This document shows, one piece after another, positions 22,884 to 31,894 of a DNA stretch of 32,000 bases (positions are counted from its first letter, which is position 1; every line of letters starts with the position of its first letter). Origin of the DNA: Erysipelotrichaceae bacterium (GTDB lineage Bacteria; Bacillota_I; Bacilli_A; Erysipelotrichales; Erysipelotrichaceae). The stretch is taken from the NCBI GenBank assembly GCA_963663995.1, contig OY760660.1:210001-242000 (forward strand), given 5' to 3'. The position numbers and the translations under genes were made by a program. The notes beneath the pieces are model-generated. The model was not told the origin of the DNA. It ran no database searches and saw nothing but the letters and a program-made list of their open reading frames with translations.

Positions 22884-23359
22884 AAAACGTTTTAAAAACG
22901 ATTCTCTTTACTTTCCATCTACAAATATTTATCAACCTTATCTTCTTTTTGATGATTCAATTTGGATTTAGGGTTTTTAGCTTTCATGAACAAGCTATGA
23001 TCAATACTGTTTTATATGCGTTTAGTCTAATGTTTATTTATTTTATTGTGATCTTGGTGATTTCTTTTTTTCGTCCAAAGGTTCTATCTTACCCTTATAA
23101 AGCCTGGGTCCTTCTCATCCTTCTTTTAGGGATTTATACTCTTAGTTTTATTTTGAGCCAAAGTGATTTTAGTTTATGGAAAATTTATTTTATAAGTCAT
23201 TTGCCAGTTGCTTATTTTGTAAGATCATGGCTTCCATCTCAATTTGATTTATCCCAACAGTTCTTAATTGGCTTATGTGCTATCAGTCCTGCCTTAGGTG
23301 TAAAGTTTGCCTATGAATTTAGTGGATGGTTAAAATATCGCATTAAAAAATCACGATAA
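22880..23359 (+). CDS. Hypothetical integral membrane protein (4-5 TM segments)
   Basis: A 159-aa strongly hydrophobic ORF whose start overlaps the aminotransferase stop (ATGA). I recognise no family. Confidence 0.55.
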   Translation: MKNVLKTILFTFHLQIFINLIFFLMIQFGFRVFSFHEQAMINTVLYAFSLMFIYFIVILVISFFRPKVLSYPYKAWVLLILLLGIYTLSFILSQSDFSLWKIYFISHLPVAYFVRSWLPSQFDLSQQFLIGLCAISPALGVKFAYEFSGWLKYRIKKSR

Positions 23360-23369
23360 TTCGTGATTT
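23348..23369. terminator. Bidirectional terminator hairpin between convergent genes
   Basis: A 9-bp stem, AAATCACGA (23348-23356) with TCGTGATTT (23361-23369), around a TAAT loop that contains the plus-strand TAA stop. It is flanked by an A-run and a T-run. The minus-strand stop (23369-23371) abuts the stem. Confidence 0.75.
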
Positions 23370-24004
23370 TATGTTCTTTGACCAAAGATGATTGAACCTA
23401 GACGAACCATAGTCGAGCCTTCTTCAATCGCTATTGGATAATCTTGACTCATTCCCATGGAACATTCACTGAGTTCAGGAAATTGAACTTGATAACTTTT
23501 TAGTAGTGCATTTGCTTGTTTAAATATCGTTCTTGTTTTATCTAAATCAACTGAGCTAGGTCCAATCACCATGAAGCCCTTTAAATGACAATTTTGACAG
23601 TTTTGTACTTCTTCAATGAGTTGAGGAAGTTCTGATAATGTACATCCTGATTTTTGTTCTTCATGACTTAAGTTGATTTGAATCAAAAGATTAATTTCTT
23701 TATTTTGTTTAATCGTTTCTTTATCAATTTCTTTAATTAAACGCGATGAATCTACTGAATGAATCCAGGTCGCATGCTTCACGACCTCTTTGACCTTATT
23801 TCTTTGTAGATGACCAATAAAATGCCAAGTTACATTTGTGATAAGAGATGCTTTCTCTGTGAGTTCTTGTGCTTTGTTTTCGCCAAAGTCAGTGAAACCA
23901 TTCGCAATTGCGTCTTGGATGGCTTCAATCGGTTTTGTTTTTGATACAGCAATAATTTTATTTAGACTTGGATAGTCTTTTTTGAGTGTTTGATAGCTTA
24001 ACAT
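23369..24004 (-). CDS. yggS: YggS/YlmE family pyridoxal-phosphate homeostasis protein
   Basis: IAVSKTKP carries the PLP lysine, and FGENKAQE, HFIGHLQRNK and GMSQDY are typical YggS motifs. I favour the ATG at 24004, which has AGGA upstream, over the GTG at 24019 used by the ORF track. Confidence 0.85.
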   Translation of the reverse strand: MLSYQTLKKDYPSLNKIIAVSKTKPIEAIQDAIANGFTDFGENKAQELTEKASLITNVTWHFIGHLQRNKVKEVVKHATWIHSVDSSRLIKEIDKETIKQNKEINLLIQINLSHEEQKSGCTLSELPQLIEEVQNCQNCHLKGFMVIGPSSVDLDKTRTIFKQANALLKSYQVQFPELSECSMGMSQDYPIAIEEGSTMVRLGSIIFGQRT

Positions 24005-24042
24005 AATCCTATGATACACTAAAAGAAAAGGTCGTTTTAGAT

Positions 24043-25716
24043 ATGTTGAAAAATAAAATTCATTCAGTTGTTTATCAGATCTGGCCCCGTTCTTTTTGTG
24101 ACTCCAATCAAGATGGGATAGGGGATATTCAAGGAATTATCTCAAAACTCGATTATTTAAAAGATTTAGGAATTGATATCTTATGGATTTCACCTTTATA
24201 CCAATCGCCAAATCATGACTATGGCTATGACATAAGTGATTATTATTCAATCAATCCAGAGTTTGGGACGATGGATGATTTTGATGAACTTTTACGTCAA
24301 ACAAGGAAGCGAAACATCGATATTATGATGGACTTAGTCGCTAATCATACCTCTGATCAACATCCTTGGTATATAGAAGCGAAAAACGATCCAAGTAGTT
24401 CAAAAAGAGATTACTATTTCTTTAAAGAAGGAACAGAGGGACAAGAGCCTAATAATTGGATATCACTCTTTGGCGGAAGTGCTTGGTCAAAAGAAGAAGA
24501 GAATATTTATAGTTTAAATCTATTTACCCCTCAACAAAAAGATTTAAATTGGGAAAATGAAGAAGTAAGACAAGCTATCTATGATGTCATCAAATTTTGG
24601 CAAGCTAAAGGTGTTCAAGGTTTTCGCATGGATGTGATAAATCTTATTTCTAAGAAAGAAGGACTACCTTCTTATCATCCAGAAAAGAAGGGTTATCAAT
24701 TTGCGAAAGACTATCTTGTATCCCTTGATAAAACACATGCTTATCTACATGAAATGTATGATCATGTCTTAGCAGATGAGAATCATCTTTATGTGGGTGA
24801 AGGGGTGATGATAAATCCAGAATCAGCTTCTCTTTATAGTGGTACACAAAGTAAAGAGTTAGATATGATGTTTCATTTTGATTTAGCATTAATTGGTTGT
24901 GGTCCTTTAGGTAAATATGATTTTAGAAAACTTTATCGCTGGACTGTTAAAGAATTTAAGTCGATTTATTTTAAATGGCAAATTGCTTCTCAAGAAAAAG
25001 CATTTTTCTTAGGTAATTTTTTATCCAATCATGATCAACCCAGAGCTGTCTCAAGATATGGTGATGATGGAAAATATCATGATGAGAGCGCAAAGTGTTT
25101 ACTGATGTTAAATTTTGTCTCAAAAGGTGCACCTTTTATCTATCAAGGGGAGGAAATTGGGATGAGTAATTGTCATTTTGAAGAAAATGAATGGCGTGAT
25201 TTTGAAGCGATTAATGATTATAAAGTGCTTCAATCAATGATGCATTTACCAGCTTTTATCGCAAAGATTGTTATTCAAAAAATGACACGAGATCATGCCC
25301 GTACACCGATGCAGTGGAATGATAGTGTGTATGCAGGCTTTAGTGAGGTTTGTCCATGGATTAAAGTAAATCCTAATAAAGATAAAATCAATGTTAATCA
25401 GCAGATAAATGATGATCAATCAATCCTTAGTTTTACTAAAGCATTAATCAAAATATATAAAGCTTACCCACTTTTTGCCTTTGGACAAATAGAAGCTTTA
25501 CTTCTACAACATAAGCAAATAATTGGAATTAAACGCTATGATAAAGATACAAGTTTTATTTGTTTAATTAACTTAAGTGATAAATATGCAAATTTTGAAA
25601 GTGAAGTGGAATGGTTTGACATGGATTGTATACTTTCTAATAAAACAGATGTTTCTATAATGGTTGAAAAAATGGTATTTGCGCCTTATGAGTGTCGATT
25701 ATTAAAAAGCAAATGA
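24043..25716 (+). CDS. GH13 alpha-glucosidase (oligo-1,6-glucosidase-like)
   Basis: YQIWPRSFCDSNQDGIGDIQGI, DLVANHTS, GFRMDVINLI (nucleophile), VGEG (acid/base) and SNHDQPR are present in a 557-aa protein. Confidence 0.88.
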   Translation: MLKNKIHSVVYQIWPRSFCDSNQDGIGDIQGIISKLDYLKDLGIDILWISPLYQSPNHDYGYDISDYYSINPEFGTMDDFDELLRQTRKRNIDIMMDLVANHTSDQHPWYIEAKNDPSSSKRDYYFFKEGTEGQEPNNWISLFGGSAWSKEEENIYSLNLFTPQQKDLNWENEEVRQAIYDVIKFWQAKGVQGFRMDVINLISKKEGLPSYHPEKKGYQFAKDYLVSLDKTHAYLHEMYDHVLADENHLYVGEGVMINPESASLYSGTQSKELDMMFHFDLALIGCGPLGKYDFRKLYRWTVKEFKSIYFKWQIASQEKAFFLGNFLSNHDQPRAVSRYGDDGKYHDESAKCLLMLNFVSKGAPFIYQGEEIGMSNCHFEENEWRDFEAINDYKVLQSMMHLPAFIAKIVIQKMTRDHARTPMQWNDSVYAGFSEVCPWIKVNPNKDKINVNQQINDDQSILSFTKALIKIYKAYPLFAFGQIEALLLQHKQIIGIKRYDKDTSFICLINLSDKYANFESEVEWFDMDCILSNKTDVSIMVEKMVFAPYECRLLKSK

Positions 25717-25766
25717 CGTGCACTTTAGCGCTAAATTTAAGACAATAATAAACAAGGAGAATTTTT

Positions 25767-26225
25767 ATGTTAGAACTTAATCAAAAAGCACCCGAATTTA
25801 CACTACCCAACCAAAATGGAGAACTAAGATCTTTAAGTGACTATCAAGGTCAATGGCTAGTCCTCTATTTCTATCCAAAGGATGATACGCCAGGTTGTAC
25901 CACCCAAGCTTGTTCATATCGCGATAATATGTCTGAGTTTGAACGTCGTGGAATTAAAGTCTTTGGGATTTCTAAAGATGATGTTAAGGGTAAAAAGAAA
26001 TTTGAAACTAAATATGAGTTAAATTTTGAGCTCTTGGCAGATGAAGATCATCAAGTCTTAGAAAGTTATCAAGTTTGGAAAGAAAAGAATATGTATGGTA
26101 AGAAAGTTTGGGGTATTTCACGTACTACCTTTGTGATTAATCCTGAAGGTGAGATTGTTTCCATCTTTGAAAAAGTTAAACCAGATGAAGATGTTGCCTC
26201 TGTCTTAGCTGTTATTGGGAAATAG
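25767..26225 (+). CDS. bcp: Thioredoxin-dependent peroxiredoxin Bcp/PrxQ
   Basis: YFYPKDDTPGCTTQAC is the active-site motif. The protein is 152 aa with an AAGGAG RBS. Confidence 0.9.
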   Translation: MLELNQKAPEFTLPNQNGELRSLSDYQGQWLVLYFYPKDDTPGCTTQACSYRDNMSEFERRGIKVFGISKDDVKGKKKFETKYELNFELLADEDHQVLESYQVWKEKNMYGKKVWGISRTTFVINPEGEIVSIFEKVKPDEDVASVLAVIGK

Positions 26226-26232
26226 ACTAATG

Positions 26233-26259
26233 CGCTGAAGTGATTCAGCGTTTTATTTT
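26233..26259 (+). terminator. Rho-independent terminator
   Basis: CGCTGAA (26233-26239), a GTGA loop, then TTCAGCG (26244-26250), followed by TTTTATTTT. Confidence 0.8.
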
Positions 26260-26317
26260 GCTTTTACATTTAAGGCTTAAATTGATATTATGTAAACGCC
26301 TATTGTGAGAATGTGAA

Positions 26318-27217
26318 ATGAATGAACAAATAAATATAAATGATAAACGTCCAAGAGCAATTGTACGTACTGAATCGATAAAAGTGATTAACGCTTTAAA
26401 AAAATATGATCTAGATTTTGTCTTAGTTGAACCATTTTTCTCATACCACCATCCCCATACCCAATCTTTAGATGAATTTAGAGAATTAATTGAAGCAGTG
26501 GGGGATGCCTCTTGGTATATTGAAATTAATGGTTATATCGAAGATACCCAACTATCAGCCCTTAAAGAAACACTGAAGGTTTTTGACTTGTTTAAACCTA
26601 AAGGAATTTTATTTGCAGATTTTGCGGTTTATGAAATCTTAAATGAAATAGGGTTTAGAGGTGAGAAAATCTTTGCACCTGAAACGATTTTAACCAGTTC
26701 AGCGGATATTGGTTTCTATTTAAATTATGTGGATCGTTGTGTTTTAGCGAAAGAATTAACTTTGGATGAAATCTGTGAAATAGCTTCAAAATATCCAGAT
26801 AAAGTGGATGTTTTTGGATTAGGCTATGCCTTGATGTCAGTTTCAAAAAGACCACTTGTTCAAAACTACTTTAATGAAATCAAACGTGATGATAAGGTTT
26901 TAAATCGTACTGACATGTTAATGCAGGAAGAAAAGCGTCCTGAGTGGATGCCAATTTTAGAAGAACACTTAGCGACCTCTACTTATATGCCACATATTAC
27001 CTATTCTAAAAAGGAAATGCCTTATTTTAAGGAAGCAAATGTCAGTCATCTCTATTGTGATTCTTTATTCATTGAAGATGATGATTTTATTGCCTTGGTA
27101 GAAGATATGATGGGCTATAAATCAGATATTGATATCGAAACTATAAAAGAGAAAAACCTCTTAGGTGAGGCTTATTATTATCGTAAAACAAATTTACTTA
27201 AAGGAGAAAAGTCATGA
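26318..27217 (+). CDS. Peptidase U32 family protein, Cys-motif-less subunit (YrrN/TrhP1-like)
   Basis: A 299-aa protein with a TIM-barrel-like U32 pattern but without the Cys cluster. It is paired and translationally coupled (ATGA) with a canonical U32 gene, as in B. subtilis yrrN-yrrO. Confidence 0.65.
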   Translation: MNEQININDKRPRAIVRTESIKVINALKKYDLDFVLVEPFFSYHHPHTQSLDEFRELIEAVGDASWYIEINGYIEDTQLSALKETLKVFDLFKPKGILFADFAVYEILNEIGFRGEKIFAPETILTSSADIGFYLNYVDRCVLAKELTLDEICEIASKYPDKVDVFGLGYALMSVSKRPLVQNYFNEIKRDDKVLNRTDMLMQEEKRPEWMPILEEHLATSTYMPHITYSKKEMPYFKEANVSHLYCDSLFIEDDDFIALVEDMMGYKSDIDIETIKEKNLLGEAYYYRKTNLLKGEKS

Positions 27218-28407
27218 TAGAACTTCTCGCACCAGCGGGTGACTTGGTCCGCGCTAAAGTGGCTTTTGATTATGGTGCAGATGCCGTCTTTATTGGTGGA
27301 AAGCGTTTTTCTTTAAGAGCGAAAGCGAGTAATTTTGATATTGAACAAATAAAAGAAGCAGTTGATTATGCTCATCAATTAAATAAGAAACTCTTTGTGA
27401 CTGTAAATATGTTACCTCATGAAGATGATTTAAAAGGATTAGATGAATATTTACTGTCACTAAATGACGTCAATGTCGATGCGATTATTGTCGCATCTTT
27501 AGCGATTGTTAAACGCGCAATGGATTTAAAAGTGAATTATGAATTGCATTTAAGCACACAATTATCAATCACTAATTCACGAGCGATGGATTTTTATAAA
27601 TCAGTTGGGGTTGATCGTGTCGTTTTAGCACGCGAATTGGATCTTCATATGATTGAAAGTATTCAATCAAAGCAAATTATTGATACTGAAATCTTTATTC
27701 ATGGTGGGATGTGTACCAATTACTCTGGTCGTTGTACCTTAAGTAATCAAATGACTCTAAGGGATGCCAATCGTGGCGGTTGTGCCCAATCCTGTCGTTG
27801 GTACTACAACTTTAAGATGGGTGATGAAATCATCTCTGATGCTGAGCATCCTTTTACTATGGGTTCAAAAGATTTATCAACTTTAAAATGGATTGAAGAT
27901 TTTGTGCGCTTAAAAGTAAATTCCTTAAAAATTGAAGGACGTATGAAGTCCTCTCATTACTTAGCCGTTGTCGTCGGCAGTTATCGTAAACTCATTGATG
28001 CGATTGAATCCAATGCTTTAAATGATGAATTAATGACTAAACTTCAAAAGAATATGGAAAAAGCAGAAGGTCGATTAACTTTTGATGGCTTCTACTCACA
28101 TTTACCTAATGTAAGTGATCATTTATATCTCTCACAAAAAACAGCTGTTTTACAACGTTTCGTTGGCGATATTCTTAAACAAGAAATGGGTTGGATTTGT
28201 GTTCAAGTTAAGAACGGTGTGATTAAAGGTGAAGTTTTAGAAGTCTTAGAACCTTATAAAGATGTTCAAAGTTTTATTCTTGAAGGTTTAGAGAATGAAG
28301 AACATGAGCCTATTGATGAAGCAAAGAGTCCGATGTCAATAGTTTGGATTAAAGTCCCTTTTAAGGTTAGTGATAAAGCATTTATCAGGAAGGATCAAGT
28401 TCTATGA
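27214..28407 (+). CDS. Peptidase U32 family protein with Fe-S Cys motif (YrrO/TrhP2-like, RNA hydroxylation family)
   Basis: MIELLAPAGD.. is followed by the U32 signature EIFIHGGMCTNYSGRCTLS and RGGCAQSCRW. Confidence 0.85.
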   Translation: MIELLAPAGDLVRAKVAFDYGADAVFIGGKRFSLRAKASNFDIEQIKEAVDYAHQLNKKLFVTVNMLPHEDDLKGLDEYLLSLNDVNVDAIIVASLAIVKRAMDLKVNYELHLSTQLSITNSRAMDFYKSVGVDRVVLARELDLHMIESIQSKQIIDTEIFIHGGMCTNYSGRCTLSNQMTLRDANRGGCAQSCRWYYNFKMGDEIISDAEHPFTMGSKDLSTLKWIEDFVRLKVNSLKIEGRMKSSHYLAVVVGSYRKLIDAIESNALNDELMTKLQKNMEKAEGRLTFDGFYSHLPNVSDHLYLSQKTAVLQRFVGDILKQEMGWICVQVKNGVIKGEVLEVLEPYKDVQSFILEGLENEEHEPIDEAKSPMSIVWIKVPFKVSDKAFIRKDQVL

Positions 28408-29111
28408 TTCAATGCGAAGGAGCGATTTCAATCAAAGCTGCTTTAGAATCGCAAAAGCGTGAAATATCTAAAGTCTTAATTAGTGAAGATAAGAAATCAA
28501 AGGATCTTAATTATATTATTCATCTTTGTCATAAGTTTAATGTTAAATTTGAACGTGTCTCAAAAGACATTTTAGAAAGTTATGCGCCTTCAAAAACCTA
28601 CGGTGGTTTAATTGCTTTTGCAAGTTCAAGAACATATCAAAGTATTGAGTCTGTCAAAAAACATGTTTGGATGATTTTGATTGAAGGGGTTGAAGATCCT
28701 TTTAATTTAGGTCAAATGATTCGAACCGCCTATGCCTCAGGGGCACAAGCTGTTTTATTGAATCAAAGAGATTGGTCAAAAGTTGAAGCTGTTCTATTAA
28801 AAAGTAGTGCTGGAGCGTTTGATCGTTTAGACATTGTTCTATTAAATGATCTAGATGCTGATATTAAAACATTAAAAACAATGGGTTTTACAGTTGTTTC
28901 TGCACTTAGAAATGAGACAAGTATTTCTCATGAAAAACTTGTTTATCCAGATAAATCAATCTTAGCGATTGGCGGTGAAATGAGAGGCTTATCAAAAGCG
29001 GTTAAAGACTTAAGCGACATCAGTGTTGAGATAAAATATCCACAAGATGTTAAAGTCGCACTCAATGCTGTCAGTGCTTGTGCGATATTAAGTTTTAAAC
29101 ATGTTAAATAA
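28404..29111 (+). CDS. TrmH/SpoU family RNA 2'-O-ribose methyltransferase (RlmB-like, with N-terminal substrate-binding domain)
   Basis: Motif 1 is IEGVEDPFNLGQMIRTAYASG, motif 2 is AIGGEMRGLS, and motif 3 is ALNAVSACAIL. The start overlaps the upstream stop (ATGA). Confidence 0.8.
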   Translation: MIQCEGAISIKAALESQKREISKVLISEDKKSKDLNYIIHLCHKFNVKFERVSKDILESYAPSKTYGGLIAFASSRTYQSIESVKKHVWMILIEGVEDPFNLGQMIRTAYASGAQAVLLNQRDWSKVEAVLLKSSAGAFDRLDIVLLNDLDADIKTLKTMGFTVVSALRNETSISHEKLVYPDKSILAIGGEMRGLSKAVKDLSDISVEIKYPQDVKVALNAVSACAILSFKHVK

Positions 29112-29134
29112 ACCTACAAAAGATGGGTTGAGTT

Positions 29135-29143
29135 TGTTATAAT
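29135..29143 (+). promoter_or_regulatory. Extended -10 promoter for guaB-guaA
   Basis: TGtTATAAT is a perfect match to the TGnTATAAT pattern. It lies 27 nt upstream of the ATG at 29170, with a GGAGG RBS (29157-29161) in between. Confidence 0.5.
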
Positions 29144-29169
29144 CTAAAATAAAAATGGAGGACGTGCAC

Positions 29170-30300
29170 ATGAATGATATGAACGGTAAGTTATTAAAAG
29201 AGGGCTATACCTTTGATGATTTACTCTTAGTCCCAAGCTACTCTAGCGTGGTCCCTAAGGATGTTTGTTTAAAAACACAGTTAAGTGAAAAACTTCAACT
29301 CAAAATTCCGATTACTTCCGCTGCCATGGATACAGTAACCGAAGAAAAAATGGCGATCGCTTTAGCGAAAGCAGGTGGTTTAAGTTTTATTCATAAAAAT
29401 CTAAGTGTTGAACAACAAGCCAATATGGTTAAAAACGTTAAAGCGATTAAAGGGGATGATCAAGCGGCTGTTGATGCGAATGGTTATTTACTTTGTGGGG
29501 CTGCGGTCAGTGTTAATGCTTATAGTATGGAACGTGTTAAAGCACTTGTAGATGCTGGAGTTGATGTCATTACAGTTGATTCAGCTCATGGTCATTCAAA
29601 AGGTGTTATTGATACCATTAAACAAATTCATGCATCTTATCCAGAACTTGATATCGTTGGTGGAAATATTGTTACAGCTGATGCTGCAAAAGCTTTAGTT
29701 GAAGCTGGTGCAACCATTATTAAAGTAGGTGTTGGTCCTGGTTCTATTTGTACAACTCGAGTTGTTTCAGGGGTTGGTGTACCACAATTAACAGCGGTTA
29801 ATGATGTTTATGAATATGCGAAAAATCATAATGTTGCGGTCATTGCAGATGGTGGAATTAAACTATCTGGTGATATCGTGAAAGCGATCGCAGCAGGGGC
29901 TGATGCGGTTATGTTAGGTGGACTTTTGGCAGGTACAGAAGAAACACCTGGCGATATTATTGAAGTCTATGGTAAAAAAGTAAAAACCTATATGGGTATG
30001 GGATCACTTACCGCCATGCAAAAAGGAAGTTCAGACAGATATTTCCAAGGTGGTGAAAAAGATCTTAAAAAATTAGTACCAGAAGGCATTGAAGCAACTG
30101 TTGCTTATAAAGGTCCAATGGCAGATGTAGTCTATCAAATGATGGGTGGCTTACGATCAGGGATGGGTTATTGTGGTTGTGCTGATATTGCTCATTTAAA
30201 AACGGATGCTAAATTTGTGAAAATCACCAATGCTGGTTTAGCTGAATCACATCCACATGATGTTCAAAATATCCAGGAGGCTCCAAACTACCGTGGCTGA
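29170..30300 (+). CDS. guaB: IMP dehydrogenase, short form lacking the CBS/Bateman subdomain
   Basis: [36 protein letters not shown] and the C-terminal [16 protein letters not shown] are IMPDH hallmarks. The protein is only about 376 aa. The sequence goes from ..MVKNVK directly to [22 protein letters not shown], where about 115 aa of CBS pair normally sit. The start is the ATG 8 nt after GGAGG. Confidence 0.9.
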   Translation: MNDMNGKLLKEGYTFDDLLLVPSYSSVVPKDVCLKTQLSEKLQLKIPITSAAMDTVTEEKMAIALAKAGGLSFIHKNLSVEQQANMVKNVKAIKGDDQAAVDANGYLLCGAAVSVNAYSMERVKALVDAGVDVITVDSAHGHSKGVIDTIKQIHASYPELDIVGGNIVTADAAKALVEAGATIIKVGVGPGSICTTRVVSGVGVPQLTAVNDVYEYAKNHNVAVIADGGIKLSGDIVKAIAAGADAVMLGGLLAGTEETPGDIIEVYGKKVKTYMGMGSLTAMQKGSSDRYFQGGEKDLKKLVPEGIEATVAYKGPMADVVYQMMGGLRSGMGYCGCADIAHLKTDAKFVKITNAGLAESHPHDVQNIQEAPNYRG

Positions 30301-31825
30301 TACAATTTTAGTTTTAGACTTCGGTTCTCAGTATAACCAACTGATTGCACGAAGAATTCGTGAAATGGGAGTGTTCTCAGAATTGCTTCCTAACGATGTT
30401 GATCTTAAAAAAGTAATTACACCTGATGTTAAAGGGATTGTTTTTTCTGGCGGTCCAAATTCTGTTTATGATGAAGGAGCACTTTCAGTTGATCCTGCTA
30501 TTTACGATCTAGGTTTACCAATCTTAGGCATTTGTTATGGAATGCAATTGATGATGCATCAATTAGAGGGTGGGAAAGTTGAACCAGGAAAACTTAGAGA
30601 ATATGGTCCAGCCGATATTCATTTATTAAATGAAACCCATTTAAGTCATACCATGCCTTTAACGCAAAAAGTATGGATGAGCCATGGCGATCATGTTGCC
30701 TCTATTGCTGAAGGTTTTAAAATTGATGCGAAAAGCAATCATGATGTGATTGCGGTTATTTCAAATGAAGATAAAAAATTCTATGGTTTACAATTCCATC
30801 CAGAAGTAAGAAATAGTGAATATGGAAATCAATGGTTATCAAACTTTGTCTTTGATGTATGTAAAGCCGAAGCTAACTGGAAACTTGAAGATTTCATTGA
30901 TCAACAAGTTCAAGAAATTAGAAATACAGTTGGTACAGATCAAGTGCTTTGTGCCCTATCAGGTGGTGTTGATTCATCTGTTGTCGCAGCATTACTACAT
31001 AAAGCAATTGGCCCACAATTAACCTGTATGTTTGTTGATCATGGCTTATTACGTTTAAATGAGCGTCAAATGGTTCGTGATATGTTTGAAGGCCATTTCG
31101 GTCTAAACTTAGTGGTTGTTGATGCCGAAGAGCGTTTCTTAGGAAAACTTGCCGGTGTTGAAGATCCTGAGAAAAAACGTAAAATTATCGGGACAGAATT
31201 TATTCGTGTCTTTGAAGAAGAAAGTTCTAAGTTAACAACTGTTAAATGGTTAGCTCAAGGAACTTTATATACAGATGTTATCGAGTCTGGTACTAAAACA
31301 GCTCAAACGATTAAATCTCATCACAATGTCGGTGGTTTACCAAAAGATATTCAATTTAAATTGATTGAACCATTAAATAAACTCTTTAAAGATGAAGTAC
31401 GTGCTTTAGGATTACTTTTGGGACTAAGTGAAGCAATGGTTTATCGTCAGCCATTCCCAGGTCCAGGTCTTGCGATTCGTATTATCGGAGAAGTCACTAA
31501 AGATAAATGTGATTTAGTCCGTTATAGTGATGCGATTTTCCATGAAGAAATCGTTAATGCAGGACTTCAACGTGATATTTGGCAGTACTTTACCGTTTTA
31601 ACAAATATTAGATCTGTGGGTGTTATGGGTGATCAAAGAACCTATGATTATGCTTTAGGTCTAAGAGCTGTTTCCTCTATTGATGGAATGACAGCAGATT
31701 ATGCAAAGATACCTTATGAAGTTTTAGATAAAGTATCTAAACGTATAGTCAATGAAGTTAGAGGGATTAATCGTATTATCTACGATATTACTCCTAAACC
31801 ACCAGCCACCATTGAGTGGGAATAA
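30293..31825 (+). CDS. guaA: GMP synthase (glutamine-hydrolysing)
   Basis: [20 protein letters not shown], the GATase elbow ILGICYGMQ, the PP-loop SGGVDSS and the C-terminal PPATIEWE are present. I favour the GTG at 30293, with GGAGG at 30276-30280, giving about 510 aa and an 8-nt overlap with guaB. The ATG at 30257 in the ORF track would add 12 atypical residues. Confidence 0.9.
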   Translation: MADTILVLDFGSQYNQLIARRIREMGVFSELLPNDVDLKKVITPDVKGIVFSGGPNSVYDEGALSVDPAIYDLGLPILGICYGMQLMMHQLEGGKVEPGKLREYGPADIHLLNETHLSHTMPLTQKVWMSHGDHVASIAEGFKIDAKSNHDVIAVISNEDKKFYGLQFHPEVRNSEYGNQWLSNFVFDVCKAEANWKLEDFIDQQVQEIRNTVGTDQVLCALSGGVDSSVVAALLHKAIGPQLTCMFVDHGLLRLNERQMVRDMFEGHFGLNLVVVDAEERFLGKLAGVEDPEKKRKIIGTEFIRVFEEESSKLTTVKWLAQGTLYTDVIESGTKTAQTIKSHHNVGGLPKDIQFKLIEPLNKLFKDEVRALGLLLGLSEAMVYRQPFPGPGLAIRIIGEVTKDKCDLVRYSDAIFHEEIVNAGLQRDIWQYFTVLTNIRSVGVMGDQRTYDYALGLRAVSSIDGMTADYAKIPYEVLDKVSKRIVNEVRGINRIIYDITPKPPATIEWE

Positions 31826-31842
31826 TAAACATCTTAAAGTTT

Positions 31843-31869
31843 AAATGGGGCGTTAGGTCCCATTTTTTT
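31843..31869 (+). terminator. Rho-independent terminator after guaA
   Basis: AAATGGG (31843-31849), a 9-nt loop, then CCCATTT (31859-31865), with the T-run extending to 31869. Confidence 0.75.
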
Positions 31870-31894
31870 ATGAACTTTGAGTATACTATTACTT

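Noticed and set aside
25718-25735. Adjacent short palindromes GTGCAC (25718-25723) and TTTAGCGCTAAA (25724-25735) between the GH13 gene and bcp. I considered them as a possible PerR/Rex-type operator or a terminator.
   Set aside because: A loop-less 12-bp palindrome is expected many times by chance in 32 kb of AT-rich sequence. It does not match the PerR box (TTATAATnATTATAA) or the Rex box (TTGTGAAnnnnTTCACAA) as I recall them, and no T-run follows it.
26282-26320. A fifth leaderless candidate at the small U32 gene: TTGATA 26282-26287, TGtGAGAAT 26304-26312, ATG 26318.
   Set aside because: The -10 hexamer is poor (GAGAAT), the spacer to the -35 is 19 nt, and the distance to the ATG is 5 nt rather than 6-7. 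GTGAGA could equally act as a weak SD. This is too ambiguous to count with the other four.
29112-29169. Purine riboswitch or other leader RNA upstream of guaB. I also looked for T-box or attenuator leaders upstream of serC (2142-2228) and proB (14663-14696).
   Set aside because: These intergenic regions are only 34-87 bp and are already occupied by promoter and RBS elements. That is far too short for a riboswitch aptamer plus expression platform, and no conserved aptamer motifs were seen.
29170-30300. The short IMPDH-family protein considered as GMP reductase (GuaC), which also lacks CBS domains.
   Set aside because: The core motifs ([25 protein letters not shown], the flap region GSSDRYFQ, and the C-terminal [16 protein letters not shown]), together with the position directly upstream of guaA, fit IMPDH and not GuaC.
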